38,185 nucleotides of DNA from the sequence record DRR723986_2407; one strand, given 5' to 3'. Position numbers and translations under genes: made by a program. The notes beneath the pieces were generated by a model. It did not search any database, was not told the DNA's origin, and saw only the letters and a list, made by a program, of their open reading frames with translations. Within the stretch, counting starts at the first letter, position 1, and every line of letters begins with the position of its first letter. Of the stretch, positions 1 through 11,305 are shown piece by piece.

Positions 1-367
1 GGCGGCCATCTATCACGCTGGCTCTTTTTCTACCCTTTATTAATGCATTGTTTTTTATAGAGTATTTTGAACCCTGGTTTGGTCGCGACCAATAACAGGG
101 CCATTTCACTGGCAAGAAGGAATTACTGGGGTATGCGTACAGACTACGGACAGGGGTTGTCATTATGAGCGCGTTACCATTCCTTCGGTCATTGCGGGGG
201 CACATTCTTGTGCGTCGCTATTGCTTACGTACGATAAAGTCGTGCAGCAACTGGATCAAGTCTTTCATTATTTTTATGGCTAGCACCACCCAGCTAGGCT
301 GAGTGGTTAAAGCAGGGCGCACACGGCGTGCGCAGCCCCTTGAGCGGTTTGCTTGCTGAGGGCTGAG

Positions 368-1351
368 TTAATTCAGCAGACTAAGATCGACTTGTTTGTC
401 GGCGTGGTAAGAGGAGCGCACCATCGGGCCGCTGGCAACGCTTTTAAAGCCGAGTTCTTCGGCGATGCGGCCGAATTCGTCGAATTCTTCGGGGGTAACA
501 AAGCGGTCCACGGGTAGGTGGTCACGGCTGGGCTGCAGGTACTGCCCGAGGGTGATCATGTCGATGTTGTGGGCGCGCATGTCTTTCATTACCTGAATCA
601 GCTCGTCGGCGGTTTCACCGAGGCCAAGCATCAGGCCGGACTTGGTAAGCACGTCGGGGCGGCGCTCTTTGTATTTTTTGAGCAGGTCGAGCGACCATTG
701 GTAGTCGGAACCCGGGCGGATTTTTTTGTAAAGGCTGGGTACCGATTCCAGATTGTGGTTGAACACGTCGGGCGCTTCTTGCTCGAGTATATCCAGCGCC
801 ACATCCATGCGGCCACGGAAGTCGGGTACGAGCACTTCAATGCGAATACCTTCGCTGCGCTGACGGGTTTCTCGAATGCAGTCGGCAAAGTGCTGGGCAC
901 CGCCGTCGCGCAGATCGTCGCGGTCCACCGAGGTGATAACCACGTACTTCAGCTGCATTTCGGCAATGGCTTCGGCCAGCTCGCGAGGCTCGTTTTCGTC
1001 CAGGGCATTGGGGCGGCCGTGGGCAACGTCGCAGAAAGGGCAGCGACGGGTACAGATTTCGCCCATGATCATAAAGGTGGCGGTGCCGCCACTGAAGCAC
1101 TCGCCCAGGTTGGGGCAAGCAGCCTCTTCACATACCGAGGCGAGTTTGTGTTTGCGCAGAATTTGCTTAATACGGCTGATTTCCGGGCTGGCGGGCAGCT
1201 TGGCGCGAATCCAGCTCGGTTTAACCGGCAGTTCGACCGAGGGAATGACCTTGACCGGAATACGGGCGACTTTTTCGGCACCGCGCAGTTTTTCGCCCTG
1301 CACCACTTTTTTGGCGGCGGGGCGTTTTTGGCCTTGGCTTGTCTCGCTCAT
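368..1351 (-). CDS. lipA: Lipoyl synthase (radical SAM)
   Basis: 327-aa ORF with [12 protein letters not shown], the radical-SAM motif CTRRCPFC and C-terminal RSSYHA. Confidence 0.98.
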   Translation of the reverse strand: MSETSQGQKRPAAKKVVQGEKLRGAEKVARIPVKVIPSVELPVKPSWIRAKLPASPEISRIKQILRKHKLASVCEEAACPNLGECFSGGTATFMIMGEICTRRCPFCDVAHGRPNALDENEPRELAEAIAEMQLKYVVITSVDRDDLRDGGAQHFADCIRETRQRSEGIRIEVLVPDFRGRMDVALDILEQEAPDVFNHNLESVPSLYKKIRPGSDYQWSLDLLKKYKERRPDVLTKSGLMLGLGETADELIQVMKDMRAHNIDMITLGQYLQPSRDHLPVDRFVTPEEFDEFGRIAEELGFKSVASGPMVRSSYHADKQVDLSLLN

Positions 1352-1376
1352 TGCTATTACCTCTGCCGGGCTGTGA

Positions 1377-2048
1377 CTACAGCTCGGGTAGTTGATTGTC
1401 GTCCAGCACGGGGCTACTGCTGTAGCCCAGACGCGTGGCTAGTTGACGCGACAGGCTGTCCATCAGCCTTGCCATGTCTCTGTTTTGCTGCGGTGCCTGG
1501 CGAAGAATGTCGGTAACTTCCATACCGACATGGCCGCAGGGGTTGATGCGCTGAAACACCGACAAGTCCATATCGACATTCAGGCTCAAGCCGTGAAAGC
1601 TGCAACCGCGCCGCACACGCAGGCCCAGCTGGGCAATTTTAGCGCCGCTTTGCACATAAACGCCGGGGGCGTCGGCACGCGGGTGAGCGGCAATGGACAG
1701 CTCGGCAAGGGCTTCGACAATGCTTTGCTCAATGGCGGTAACCAGGTCGCGTACGCCAATACCGAGCCGCCGCAGATCAATGAGTACATAGCCCACCAAC
1801 TGGCCGGGGCCGTGGTAGGTAACCTGGCCGCCGCGATCCACTTGCACCACGGGAATGTCGCCGGGCATTAAAATATGTTCGGCCTTGCCCGCCTGCCCCT
1901 GAGTAAATACCGCCTGGTGTTCTAAAAACCACAGTTCATCGGGACTGTCGGCATCGCGCTGATCGGTATAGGCCTGCATGGCCTGCCACACTGGCTGGTA
2001 GTCTTGCAGCCCGGCCAAGCGGCGCTGATAGAGGATTTTCTCGCTCAC
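1377..2048 (-). CDS. lipB: Lipoyl(octanoyl) transferase
   Basis: Motifs [22 protein letters not shown] and INPCG; GTG start overlaps the ybeD stop (TAGTG). Confidence 0.97.
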   Translation of the reverse strand: MSEKILYQRRLAGLQDYQPVWQAMQAYTDQRDADSPDELWFLEHQAVFTQGQAGKAEHILMPGDIPVVQVDRGGQVTYHGPGQLVGYVLIDLRRLGIGVRDLVTAIEQSIVEALAELSIAAHPRADAPGVYVQSGAKIAQLGLRVRRGCSFHGLSLNVDMDLSVFQRINPCGHVGMEVTDILRQAPQQNRDMARLMDSLSRQLATRLGYSSSPVLDDNQLPEL

Positions 2049-2317
2049 TACATTACCATTTTGACGACGCCGGTCGCCTTCAGGTCTACGTGGATGCGCT
2101 CAAGCTGGTCTTTGCCGGTGGCCACAATGGTCACGGTGAGCGACATAAAGCGCCCTTCGCGGCTCAGCCGCTCGGTAACACAGCCCTCGGCCAGCGGCGC
2201 GGCGTGCTGTTCCATCACCGCCAGTACCTTGCCCCGCGCTTCCTCGTGATTGTCGGCAATCACCTTGATGGGATAGTCGCAGGGGAATTCAATTTTCGGT
2301 GGTTCTTGCTGCGTCAT
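2048..2317 (-). CDS. ybeD: YbeD/DUF493 family protein
   Basis: 89 aa with [12 protein letters not shown] and [11 protein letters not shown]; conserved position between dacA and lipB. Confidence 0.92.
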   Translation of the reverse strand: MTQQEPPKIEFPCDYPIKVIADNHEEARGKVLAVMEQHAAPLAEGCVTERLSREGRFMSLTVTIVATGKDQLERIHVDLKATGVVKMVM

Positions 2318-2327
2318 GCTTTTACCC

Positions 2328-3488
2328 TCACGACACCAGGCTCAGGAAGAACAGCACGATGCTGTCCCACAGGCGTTTGAAGATACTGCCCTCTTCCACC
2401 GACTCCAGTGCCACCAGCGGTACGCTCACTTCCAACTTGCCGTCCAAGCTCACTTGCAGCTCACCGTATTCACTGTCGGCAGCGATGGGCGCAGTAAGCA
2501 CCTCGTTAACAATTAACTGCGCATCCAGGTCGTCGGCCTTGCCGCGGGGAATGGTCAGGTAGACATCGTCTTGCACGCCCAGCGCCACATCGGCACTGCT
2601 GCCCTTCCACACCTTGGCCTTGGTCAGCTCAGTGCCGGCCGAATACAGGTGGTGGGTTTCAAAATACCGGAAGCCGTACGACAACAGTTTTTGCGTTTCG
2701 CGCTCGCGAACCCGCTCACTGGAAGCGCCCATTACCACGGAGATCAGGCGCATGCCCTCACGCTTGGCGGAGGTCACCAAGCAGTAACCCGCTTCATTGG
2801 TATGGCCGGTTTTCAGGCCGTCGACGCTGGGGTCCGTCCACAACAGGCCGTTGCGATTGTTCTGGCGAATATTGTTGTAGACAAACTCTTTTTCGCTGTA
2901 CAGCGCGTACTCATTGGGGAAGTCGATGATCGCCCGCGCCAGAATGGCCAGGTCGCGCGCCGAGGTGTAGTGCTCGGGGTGGGGCAAGCCGTGGGAGTTC
3001 ACAAAGTGGGTGTTTTCCAAACCCAGCATTTGCGCGTGCTGATTCATAATGCCGGCGAAGGCATCTTCGCTGCCGGCGAGGTATTCGGCCACGGCAACAC
3101 TGGCGTCGTTACCCGAGCTAATCACCACACCTTTATGCAGATCGCCAAGGGTGACTTGCTTGCCAACTTCGATCCACATCAGCGATGAGCCGGTGAAGAT
3201 GGGGTTTTGCGCCCAGGCATTTTTGCTGATGGTAACCAGGTCGCTGTTGCTCACCTGGCCTTGCTCCAGCTCGTATGACAGCACATAGCTGGTCATCAGT
3301 TTAGTGAGGCTGGCGGGCGGCAGGCGCTCATCGGCATTGTGTTCAATCAATACCTCTCCGCTGTCGGCGTCCATTAGCAAGTAGCCAGACGCGGAGATAG
3401 CCGGTGGCGCTGGCACCAGGCTTTGCTGGGCGGCAGCGTGACTGGCAAAGACCAGGGCGGAGACAATCAACAACACTAAGCGTTTCAA
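2328..3488 (-). CDS. dacA: D-alanyl-D-alanine carboxypeptidase (PBP5/6 family)
   Basis: Signal peptide; SxxK (PASLTK), SxN (SGNDA) and KTG motifs; TTG start. dacA versus dacC cannot be resolved. Confidence 0.93.
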   Translation of the reverse strand: MKRLVLLIVSALVFASHAAAQQSLVPAPPAISASGYLLMDADSGEVLIEHNADERLPPASLTKLMTSYVLSYELEQGQVSNSDLVTISKNAWAQNPIFTGSSLMWIEVGKQVTLGDLHKGVVISSGNDASVAVAEYLAGSEDAFAGIMNQHAQMLGLENTHFVNSHGLPHPEHYTSARDLAILARAIIDFPNEYALYSEKEFVYNNIRQNNRNGLLWTDPSVDGLKTGHTNEAGYCLVTSAKREGMRLISVVMGASSERVRERETQKLLSYGFRYFETHHLYSAGTELTKAKVWKGSSADVALGVQDDVYLTIPRGKADDLDAQLIVNEVLTAPIAADSEYGELQVSLDGKLEVSVPLVALESVEEGSIFKRLWDSIVLFFLSLVS

Positions 3489-3540
3489 AACAAAACCTTT
3501 TTCGATGAGTTTTCGTTAGCTAATTTATCGCGACAGCGCC

Positions 3541-4359
3541 CTATTGACGCTCGTCGACCAGTAACTGCGGTTCACCAGACCAACGACTGCGCAACGCTTT
3601 GCGCGCCGCCTGTGCCGTTGCGTAGTCCGGTAGCGGGCCAATGCGCACGCGGTGAATCGCGGACTCCGGCAATGCCTGACTCGCGATGGATACCGGGTAG
3701 GCCATGCCGGCGCCGAGTGCATCTTTCAGCGCCTGGGCGGAGTCCAGCTGCGAGAAAGCGGCCACCTGCAAATAGTAATCGGCAGCGGCTTTTTCTGCGC
3801 CGTCGATATTATCCGTGTCAATCACCTCAATTTCCACTGCGGCCGTGCCTTTGCGCGCAAAGCCGAGCTTAACCGCGGCAGCATAGGAGAGGTCGATAAT
3901 GCGGTCTGAATGGAATGGCCCTCGATCATTCACGCGAACAATTGTTGCGCGGCCATTTTCCAAATTTTTCACCCGCACATACACCGGAATGGGCAGTGTT
4001 TTGTGCGCCGCCGACATTTGGTAGAGGCTGTAGGTCTCGCCATTGGCGGTGGCTTTGCCGTGAAACTTGGTGCCGTACCACGAGGCGATGCCGCGCTGTT
4101 TGAAGCCGCGGTGGTCATCCACCAAGTGGTAGGTTTTTCCCAGCACTTTGTAGGGATTGCTGTTGCCGGCCATACGGATGATTTCCGGGCGCGGCGTGGC
4201 ATCGGCGAGGCTATTTGGGTCGACGTCGCGCAGCGGGGCGCCGTCGTTCTCGGTGGGTGTTACCGGTGGTTCAACGGGCCCGCTTTGACGAATTGCCGGC
4301 TGGCTACAGGCCTGCAGCAGCAGTAACAACAGCAGGCCATAAGGTAAGCGTCGCGTCAT
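3541..4359 (-). CDS. rlpA: Septal ring lytic transglycosylase RlpA (lipoprotein, DPBB + SPOR domains)
   Basis: Lipobox LQAC; GIASWYG, AAHKTLP and RVNDRGPF motifs; C-terminal SPOR-like YLQVAAF...RVRIGP. Confidence 0.95.
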   Translation of the reverse strand: MTRRLPYGLLLLLLLQACSQPAIRQSGPVEPPVTPTENDGAPLRDVDPNSLADATPRPEIIRMAGNSNPYKVLGKTYHLVDDHRGFKQRGIASWYGTKFHGKATANGETYSLYQMSAAHKTLPIPVYVRVKNLENGRATIVRVNDRGPFHSDRIIDLSYAAAVKLGFARKGTAAVEIEVIDTDNIDGAEKAAADYYLQVAAFSQLDSAQALKDALGAGMAYPVSIASQALPESAIHRVRIGPLPDYATAQAARKALRSRWSGEPQLLVDERQ

Positions 4360-5372
4360 TTCTGCGCGACTTCACTGCGGTAGGCCTCGGCCACTTTTTG
4401 GCTGAGCTGGTGCGCAGCCAATGCGTACATAGAGCTGTGGTTGTAGCGCGTAATCACGTAGAAGTTTTTCAGCCCTACCCAGTACTCGTCGCCCTTGGCG
4501 CCGTCGAACTTCATTGCCGTGGCCTTCATGCTTTCATCCAGCGCTTGATTGCTGCTGATGCCGCCCAGCTTCAACTCAGCAAGGGTTTTTACCGGCTTCA
4601 GGCCCGCGTTAAACAGGGTTTCATCTACTGGCTCGCTCAATACCGCTGGCGTAACCACGGTTTCACCTTTGCGCCAGCCGTGTTCGGCAAAGTAGTTGGC
4701 AACGCTGCCGATGGCATCAACGGGATTGTTCACGATGTCTGCCTGGCCGTCGTCGTCGAAGTCGACGGCGTAGGCGCGATAGCTGCTGGGAATAAACTGA
4801 CCATAACCCATTGCACCGGCGTAGCTGCCTTTGAAACTAAGCGGATCAAAGTCCTGCTCGCGTACCATTAACAGGTACTGCTCCAGCTGACCGAGGAAGA
4901 AGGTGCTGCGGCGGGGGAAGTCGAAACCCAGGGTCGCCAGCGCATCCACCACGCGGTAGCTGCCTTTATTGCGGCCGTAGCGGGTTTCCACACCGATAAT
5001 GCCGACGATCATTTCAGCGGGAACGCCAAATTCTTTTTCCGCCCGCGCCAGCGTGTCGGCGTGTTCCTGCCAGAACTTCACGCCCTGTTTGATGCGCGAG
5101 TCCTGAATAAATATTTTGCGGTAGCGCGCCCAGGTCATTACCGACTCGGCCGGCCGCTCCATGGCGTCGATAATGGACTGCTTCTTTTTTGCCTGCTGCA
5201 GAATATTGACCACCCAGTCGCGGTCAAAGCTGTGTTTTTCGACCACTTTGTCGACAAATTCAGCGGCCTTATCGTGTTGGCTGTAATCGGCCGACGCCAG
5301 CAGCGGCGTCGACATAGCCACGGCGGCAGCAAGGCAGCGCAGCGGCGAAGAAATCAATTTGCGTAAAATCAC
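4356..5372 (-). CDS. mltB: Lytic murein transglycosylase B
   Basis: GVETRYG, GSYAGAMGYGQFIPSSY and ITRYNHS motifs; exact start uncertain. Confidence 0.95.
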   Translation of the reverse strand: MILRKLISSPLRCLAAAVAMSTPLLASADYSQHDKAAEFVDKVVEKHSFDRDWVVNILQQAKKKQSIIDAMERPAESVMTWARYRKIFIQDSRIKQGVKFWQEHADTLARAEKEFGVPAEMIVGIIGVETRYGRNKGSYRVVDALATLGFDFPRRSTFFLGQLEQYLLMVREQDFDPLSFKGSYAGAMGYGQFIPSSYRAYAVDFDDDGQADIVNNPVDAIGSVANYFAEHGWRKGETVVTPAVLSEPVDETLFNAGLKPVKTLAELKLGGISSNQALDESMKATAMKFDGAKGDEYWVGLKNFYVITRYNHSSMYALAAHQLSQKVAEAYRSEVAQK

Positions 5373-5423
5373 TGTGTATTCTCTCTTTTATTGAAGGCCC
5401 GTGAACAGCGGCCGATAGCGCGT

Positions 5424-6569
5424 TTACTGATGCACCAATCGCTCGTCGGCATAAATCCCCATCAAGATGCCAAAACCCACCAGCAATGTCACCAATGATG
5501 TACCGCCCTGACTGACCAGCGGCAGGGGCACACCCACCACTGGCAGCAGCCCGGAGACCATGCCCATATTTACAAATACGTAGACAAAGAAAGTTAGGAT
5601 AATACTCCCGCCTAATAAGCGACCGAAGCAATGTTTTGCCTGGGTGGAGATCCAGATGCCGCGACCGATGATCAAGGCGTACAACAGCAACAGCAGCAAC
5701 ACCCCGCGCAGGCCGTATTCTTCGGCGAGTACCGCAATAATAAAGTCGGTGTGACTCTCCGGCAGGAAGTCCAGGTGGGACTGGGTGCCCATCAGCCAGC
5801 CCTTACCCTCGAAGCCGCCGGAACCGATGGCGGTTTTGGACTGAATAATATTCCAACCCGCGCCCAGCTTGTCGCTCTCTGGGTTTAGCAGCGTCAGGAT
5901 TCGGCGGCGCTGGTAGTCGTGCAGGACAAACTCCCACATCGGCCACGCGGCGGCCAACAGCAGACCAAAGGCGGAGAAGATAAAGGTCCAGCTAATGCCC
6001 CCCAAAAACAGCACGAACATGCCCGAGGCGGCGATCAGGATGGAGGTTCCCAGATCGGGCTGGGTGGCAACCAGCACGGTGGGCACAAAAATAATCACCA
6101 AACTCGCCGCGGTATAGCGCCAGCTCGGCGGCAGTGGATGCGACGACAAGTACCAGGCCACGGTCATCGGCATAATCAGTTTTGCCAACTCCGAGGGCTG
6201 AAAGCGAAAGCCGCCAAGCGACAGCCAGCGCTGCGCGCCCTTCGCGCCAACCCCCATAAAATGCACGGCGATCAGCAGTAAAATACAGCCAATAAAAGCA
6301 AACGGCGCCCAGCGCTGTAACTGTTCCGGGTGAAGCTGGGCCACCAGCACCATCACCACAAAGGCAACGGAGAGGAAGCGCCCCTGCCGCAACACCACCG
6401 CAGCGTTTTCATCGCTGGCGCTGTACAGCACCATTAAACCCACACCGCTTAACAACAACAGCAGAAACAACATTACCGGGTCGATACGCAGGCGCTGGGA
6501 CAGCGTGCGCTGGCTGTACATAGGACCTGCGCCACTGGGCAACTGGCGCAGAAAATCGGACTGGCTCAT
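5424..6569 (-). CDS. rodA: Rod shape-determining protein RodA (SEDS glycosyltransferase)
   Basis: Multi-TM protein with GAQRW, QPSE, QPDLGT and LPESHTDFI; overlaps the mrdA stop. Confidence 0.97.
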   Translation of the reverse strand: MSQSDFLRQLPSGAGPMYSQRTLSQRLRIDPVMLFLLLLLSGVGLMVLYSASDENAAVVLRQGRFLSVAFVVMVLVAQLHPEQLQRWAPFAFIGCILLLIAVHFMGVGAKGAQRWLSLGGFRFQPSELAKLIMPMTVAWYLSSHPLPPSWRYTAASLVIIFVPTVLVATQPDLGTSILIAASGMFVLFLGGISWTFIFSAFGLLLAAAWPMWEFVLHDYQRRRILTLLNPESDKLGAGWNIIQSKTAIGSGGFEGKGWLMGTQSHLDFLPESHTDFIIAVLAEEYGLRGVLLLLLLYALIIGRGIWISTQAKHCFGRLLGGSIILTFFVYVFVNMGMVSGLLPVVGVPLPLVSQGGTSLVTLLVGFGILMGIYADERLVHQ

Positions 6570-8431
6570 TGCTGCTCTCCGCTCGCCACATCCGGCGAAT
6601 TCAATAAATACGCGTCCATCACCGCGCGCGCAACTGGCCCAGCCACACCGCCGCCACTCTCGCCGTTTTCAATAATTACGGCGACGGCAATTTGCGGGTC
6701 TTCCGACGGGGCGTAGGCAACAAACAGGGCGTGGTCACGCTTGCGCTTTTCCAGGGACTCCGAGTCGTACTCTTCCCCGGCGGCAATACTAATCACCTGA
6801 GCGGTACCGGTTTTCCCCGCCATGCGATATTGCAGGCCTTTGCGCAGCGAGCGACCGGTGCCGCGCACGTCGTAAATCACTTCTTCCATGGAATGCTGGA
6901 TCGCATCCCACTGACTTTCGGGGACATCTTCCATTTTGCCCAGTAGCGGCGCCTCAACCGGTTCGCCACCGACGGCGGCTAACAGCCGCGGTGCACGCAG
7001 TTCACCGCGCGACGCCAGCACCGAGGTGGCCACGGCGATCTGCAGCGGCGTTGCCAACATAAAGCCCTGCCCAATGCCCACGTTGATGGTTTCGCCGGGG
7101 TACCAGTGGCTGCCGCGGGTGTCGCGCTTCCACTGCCGCGACGGCAACAGCCCACCGCGCTCGTTGGTGTTATCGATGCCAGTGACATCCCCCAAGCCAA
7201 AGCGCGTGCCAAAGTCATGCAGGCGATCAATACCAAGCTTGTAGGCCAGCTCGTAGAAGTACACATCGCAGCTTTCGGCAATGGCCTGATCCATATTCAC
7301 CGAGGCGCCGTGACCGCCGCGCTTCCAGTCGCGGTAGCGCCGGGTGTCGTTGGGCAGACTGAAGAACCCGGGGTCAGCGTAGCGCGTGGCTGGCGTTACC
7401 ACGCCGTAATACATGCCAGCCAGCGCCCACAGCGGTTTTACGGTAGAGGCCGGCGGGTACTGGCCCTGTAAGGCGCGGTTGTACAGCGGCAGGTCGTTGT
7501 CGTTTTGCAGGGCGCGGTAGTCTTTGCCGCTAATGCCGCCAACAAATAAATTGGCGTCGTAGCTCGGCGTGCTGAGCATGGCGATCACGCCCCCGGTTTT
7601 GGGGTCGATGGCCACCACGGCGCCGCGCCGTCCGGCCATGGCGTCGTAGGCAACTTTCTGCACCTGCGCATCAATATGCAGTTGAATATCGCCGCCTGGC
7701 AGCGGATCGTGGCGCTCTAACACGCGCAGAATTCGGCCGTGGGCATTGCTCTCCACATTTTGGTAGCCGACGGTGCCGTGCAGCAGGTCTTCGTAGTATT
7801 TTTCCAGACCAATTTTGCCGATGTGGTGGGTGCCGCTGTAGTTAACAGGGTCGATGGTATCTTGCTCGCGCTCACTGATTCGGCCAACGTAGCCCAGCAC
7901 ATGGGCAAATAACTCACCCTGAGGATAGTGGCGCACCAGCTGGGCGTCGACATCGACACCGGGAATGCGGTGCCGGTTGACGGCAATAATGGCGATCTCT
8001 TTTTCACTGAGGCGGAACTTAAGCGGCACTTCCTCGTAGGGCCGACGCCGACGCAGGCGTTTTTTAAATTGCTCGATATCGTCGTCGCTGAGTTCGATAA
8101 GCTCGCCAATAATGGCCAGCGTTTCATCCAGCTCGTCAACGCGCTCGCGAATCACCGTGAGTGTATAGCTGGGAATATTCTCCGCGAGCAGTATGCCATT
8201 GCGGTCAAAGATCAGGCCGCGCTTGGGCGCTATCGGCATCAGCTGAATGCGGTTGCGGTCAGACTGTGTTTTGTAAATGTCGTAGTCGAGGATTTGCAGC
8301 TGGGTGTAGCGCGACACCAACACCCCGGTCATCACCATCAATAACACAATGCACACAAACATTCGGCGCCGGTAAACATAGCGCTCTCGGTAGGTGTTTT
8401 TTAGGGTCTGGCGTCGGGGTATGGTGGCCAT
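6566..8431 (-). CDS. mrdA: Penicillin-binding protein 2
   Basis: N-terminal TM; RGLIFDRNG, PASTVK (SxxK), SCD and KTGTAQ motifs. Confidence 0.97.
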   Translation of the reverse strand: MATIPRRQTLKNTYRERYVYRRRMFVCIVLLMVMTGVLVSRYTQLQILDYDIYKTQSDRNRIQLMPIAPKRGLIFDRNGILLAENIPSYTLTVIRERVDELDETLAIIGELIELSDDDIEQFKKRLRRRRPYEEVPLKFRLSEKEIAIIAVNRHRIPGVDVDAQLVRHYPQGELFAHVLGYVGRISEREQDTIDPVNYSGTHHIGKIGLEKYYEDLLHGTVGYQNVESNAHGRILRVLERHDPLPGGDIQLHIDAQVQKVAYDAMAGRRGAVVAIDPKTGGVIAMLSTPSYDANLFVGGISGKDYRALQNDNDLPLYNRALQGQYPPASTVKPLWALAGMYYGVVTPATRYADPGFFSLPNDTRRYRDWKRGGHGASVNMDQAIAESCDVYFYELAYKLGIDRLHDFGTRFGLGDVTGIDNTNERGGLLPSRQWKRDTRGSHWYPGETINVGIGQGFMLATPLQIAVATSVLASRGELRAPRLLAAVGGEPVEAPLLGKMEDVPESQWDAIQHSMEEVIYDVRGTGRSLRKGLQYRMAGKTGTAQVISIAAGEEYDSESLEKRKRDHALFVAYAPSEDPQIAVAVIIENGESGGGVAGPVARAVMDAYLLNSPDVASGEQQ

Positions 8432-8434
8432 GAC

Positions 8435-8902
8435 TCAACGGTGATAGGGATGATTAGCTAGGATAGTCCAGGCGCGGTAGAGCTGCTCGGCAAACATAAC
8501 CCGCACCAGTGGGTGCGGCAAGGTCATTGCAGACATCGACCATTTTTCACTGGACGCCGCCAGACAGGGCGCAGCCAAACCGTCGGGACCGCCGACCAGT
8601 ATGCTGACGTTATCGCCCTCCATGCGCCATGCCGCCAAGGATTTTGACAGCGACTCGGTACTAACAGAGCGGCCTTTTACATCCAGCGCGATAATCTTGT
8701 CACCACGGGGAATGGCCGCCAGCATCGCCTCGCCTTCTTGAGCAATGGCGCGGCGAATATCGGTGTTTTTGCCACGCTTGGCCAGCGGCAACTCGCGAAT
8801 ATCCAACTGGATTTCCTGGGGCAGGCGCTTGCGGTATTCCGCCACACCAGCCTCAACCCAGTCGGGCATTTTGCCGCCGATACAGAGCAGGCTAACTCTC
8901 AT
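8435..8902 (-). CDS. rlmH: 23S rRNA m3Psi1915 methyltransferase
   Basis: 155 aa from the ATG at 8902; [14 protein letters not shown] and HPYHR (SPOUT). Confidence 0.97.
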   Translation of the reverse strand: MRVSLLCIGGKMPDWVEAGVAEYRKRLPQEIQLDIRELPLAKRGKNTDIRRAIAQEGEAMLAAIPRGDKIIALDVKGRSVSTESLSKSLAAWRMEGDNVSILVGGPDGLAAPCLAASSEKWSMSAMTLPHPLVRVMFAEQLYRAWTILANHPYHR

Positions 8903-9254
8903 CGCCGCCGTCGCTTGATTCGCCGTCTGCCGCCGGTACTTGCCAGAGCCGCTCAAGGTCGTAGAACAGACGCGCTTCGGGCAGCATCACGTGTACAACC
9001 ACATCGCCAAAATCAACCAGCACCCATTCGGCGGTCTGCTGACCTTCCATGCCCATTGGGGTAAAACCTGCTTTCTTGGCTTCTACCCAGACATTGTCTG
9101 CCAGCGACTTAACGTGGCGATTCGAGGTGCCACTGCACACCACCATGTAGTCGGTTACGCCGCTGATTCCGCGTACGTCCAGCGTCGTAATATCGCGCCC
9201 TTTCACTTCTTCCAGTGCGTCGATCACCAGCGTTTTCAATTGCTCAACGGCCAT
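8892..9254 (-). CDS. rsfS: Ribosome silencing factor
   Basis: [14 protein letters not shown] and [11 protein letters not shown] at 9254 overlaps the nadD stop (TAATG). Confidence 0.96.
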   Translation of the reverse strand: MAVEQLKTLVIDALEEVKGRDITTLDVRGISGVTDYMVVCSGTSNRHVKSLADNVWVEAKKAGFTPMGMEGQQTAEWVLVDFGDVVVHVMLPEARLFYDLERLWQVPAADGESSDGGDES

Positions 9255-9928
9255 TAACTTTGTGTTCCTGTTTGCATGTTCTGATAAAGCCCCCAATGGG
9301 CGATACGCTCTGCCACAGCATCGGGCAGCAGGTAGCGAATAGAGCGCCCGGCAGCAACGCGGGCGCGAATATCGGTGGCGGAAATAGGTAATTGGATCAG
9401 GCGGCTGCTGAAAAAACCACCGGCAGCGCGCGTGCGCAATTGCTCAACGCTGGCGAGCCGGCGCGCGTCCATTGCGGCAGCAACCTCGCCATCGGCCTGC
9501 AGTGGATGGTCGGCGCGCTCGATCACCCAGACATTGGCGTAATCAAGCAGGCACTGCCAACGGTGCCAGCGGTGCAGTTTGGCGTAGGCATCGCTGCCCA
9601 TCACCATCGTTAAACCAACGCCGTCGCCCAGTTCAGCGCGCAGCTCTTGCAAGCTATCAACGGTGTAGGACGCGCCATCGCGGCTGAGCTCGCGGTCGTC
9701 AACAATAAACCCCGGTTCATTGGCGGCGGCCAATTGCACCATTTCCAATCGCTGCTGGGCCGTGCCGCCGGGGCGGCCGCGCAGCGGCGGTTGGTGGCTG
9801 GGCATCAGCCTGAGTTCGTCGGCCTGCAGCAACTCGCGCAGCTCAATCGCTGAGCGCAAGTGGCCGTGGTGAATGGGGTCAAAGGTGCCACCAAATACCA
9901 AACAATGCTTGCGCAGAGGTGCCGTCAA
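9254..9928 (-). CDS. nadD: Nicotinate-nucleotide adenylyltransferase
   Basis: [19 protein letters not shown] and ISATDIR motifs. Confidence 0.96.
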   Translation of the reverse strand: MTAPLRKHCLVFGGTFDPIHHGHLRSAIELRELLQADELRLMPSHQPPLRGRPGGTAQQRLEMVQLAAANEPGFIVDDRELSRDGASYTVDSLQELRAELGDGVGLTMVMGSDAYAKLHRWHRWQCLLDYANVWVIERADHPLQADGEVAAAMDARRLASVEQLRTRAAGGFFSSRLIQLPISATDIRARVAAGRSIRYLLPDAVAERIAHWGLYQNMQTGTQS

Positions 9929-9934
9929 AGGTGT

Positions 9935-11191
9935 TTAGCTCCGCACATGGCCGTCGCCGAACACCACCCATTTTTGCGATGTCAGTCCTTCCAGACCGAC
10001 CGGGCCACGGGCGTGAATTTTGTCGGTGGAAATACCAATCTCGGCGCCCAGGCCGTATTCGAAGCCGTCGGCAAAGCGCGTGGAAGCATTGATCATTACC
10101 GAGCTGGAATCGACTTCGCGCAGGAAGCGACGCGCCAGGGTGTAGTTCTCGGTAACGATGGATTCGGTGTGGCCCGAGCTGTACTGGGCGATATGGTCCA
10201 TCGCCTCATCGATACCGGCCACTACCTTCACCGACAAGATCGGCGCCAGATATTCTGTCGCCCAGTCTTCTTCGCTGGCCTCAACGGCGCCCATCAATAC
10301 CTGGCGGGTGCGCGGGCAGCCGCGCAGCTCAACACCGGCGGCTTGCAGATCTTCGGCGATGCCGGGCAGTAATTCTTCGGCGCGGCTCTCGGCAACCAGC
10401 AGTGTTTCCATAGTATTGCAGGTGCCAAACCGCTGGGCCTTGGCATTCAGGGCAATGGCGCGGGCTTTGTCGGCATCGGCAGCATCGTCGATATAAACAT
10501 GACAGATGCCGTCGAGGTGCTTGATAACGGTTACCTGAGCATCGCGCGAAATCCGCTCGATCAAGCCCTTGCCGCCACGGGGAACGATCACGTCCACGTA
10601 TTCGGGCATGGTAATCAACTCGCCGACGGCGGCGCGGTCGGTGGTTTCCAGCACTTGCACCGCCGTTTCAGGTAGCCCGGCCACTGCCAAGCCCTGACGA
10701 ATACATGCAGCCAGCGCCTGATTGGAATGAATAGCTTCGGAGCCGCCGCGCAGAATTGCCGCATTGCCCGACTTCAAGCACAGGCTTGCTGCCTCGGCGG
10801 TAACATTGGGGCGCGACTCATAAATAATGCCGACCACACCGAGGGGCACGCGCATTTTACCCACTTGGATACCACTGGGGCGGTAGTTCATGTCGCTGAT
10901 GGCACCAACGGGGTCGGGCAGCGCCGCCACCTGTTGAAGGCCTTCGATCACGCCGTCGATACGCGCCGGCGTGAGTGCCAGGCGGTCCAATAATGCGGCA
11001 TCCAGGCCCGCCGCTTCACCGGCCTGTAAATCTTTTTTGTTAGCGTCAGCAATGGTTTGCCGGGCAGCATCTACCGCCTCGGCAATGGCCAGCAACGCGC
11101 GGTTTTTTGCCCCGCTATCGGCCGCGGCCAACACCCGCGAAGCCGCGCGCGCTTGCTGTCCGAGTTGCTGCATATACTGTTTGACTTCCAT
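9935..11191 (-). CDS. proA: Glutamate-5-semialdehyde dehydrogenase
   Basis: 418 aa from the ATG at 11191; [17 protein letters not shown] and [22 protein letters not shown]. Confidence 0.97.
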   Translation of the reverse strand: MEVKQYMQQLGQQARAASRVLAAADSGAKNRALLAIAEAVDAARQTIADANKKDLQAGEAAGLDAALLDRLALTPARIDGVIEGLQQVAALPDPVGAISDMNYRPSGIQVGKMRVPLGVVGIIYESRPNVTAEAASLCLKSGNAAILRGGSEAIHSNQALAACIRQGLAVAGLPETAVQVLETTDRAAVGELITMPEYVDVIVPRGGKGLIERISRDAQVTVIKHLDGICHVYIDDAADADKARAIALNAKAQRFGTCNTMETLLVAESRAEELLPGIAEDLQAAGVELRGCPRTRQVLMGAVEASEEDWATEYLAPILSVKVVAGIDEAMDHIAQYSSGHTESIVTENYTLARRFLREVDSSSVMINASTRFADGFEYGLGAEIGISTDKIHARGPVGLEGLTSQKWVVFGDGHVRS

Positions 11192-11305
11192 CGACGCGAA
11201 TCCCCTTGAATACTGCGCGAACTGCCCGCCCGTACTGGGGCGGAAAAAACGCACAGTATACCGGAATGCGGCGGCACTCACTATCGGTGGCGATGCAGAG
11301 GCTGG

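Noticed and set aside
110-340. Possible CsrA/Rsm-type sRNA or lipA terminator in the left intergenic region
   Set aside because: Only a few scattered GGA motifs and no GacA box; the hairpin at about 315-338 lacks a proper U tract.
518-1516. 332-aa ORF on the + strand
   Set aside because: Antisense shadow of lipA in GC-rich DNA; no recognisable motifs.
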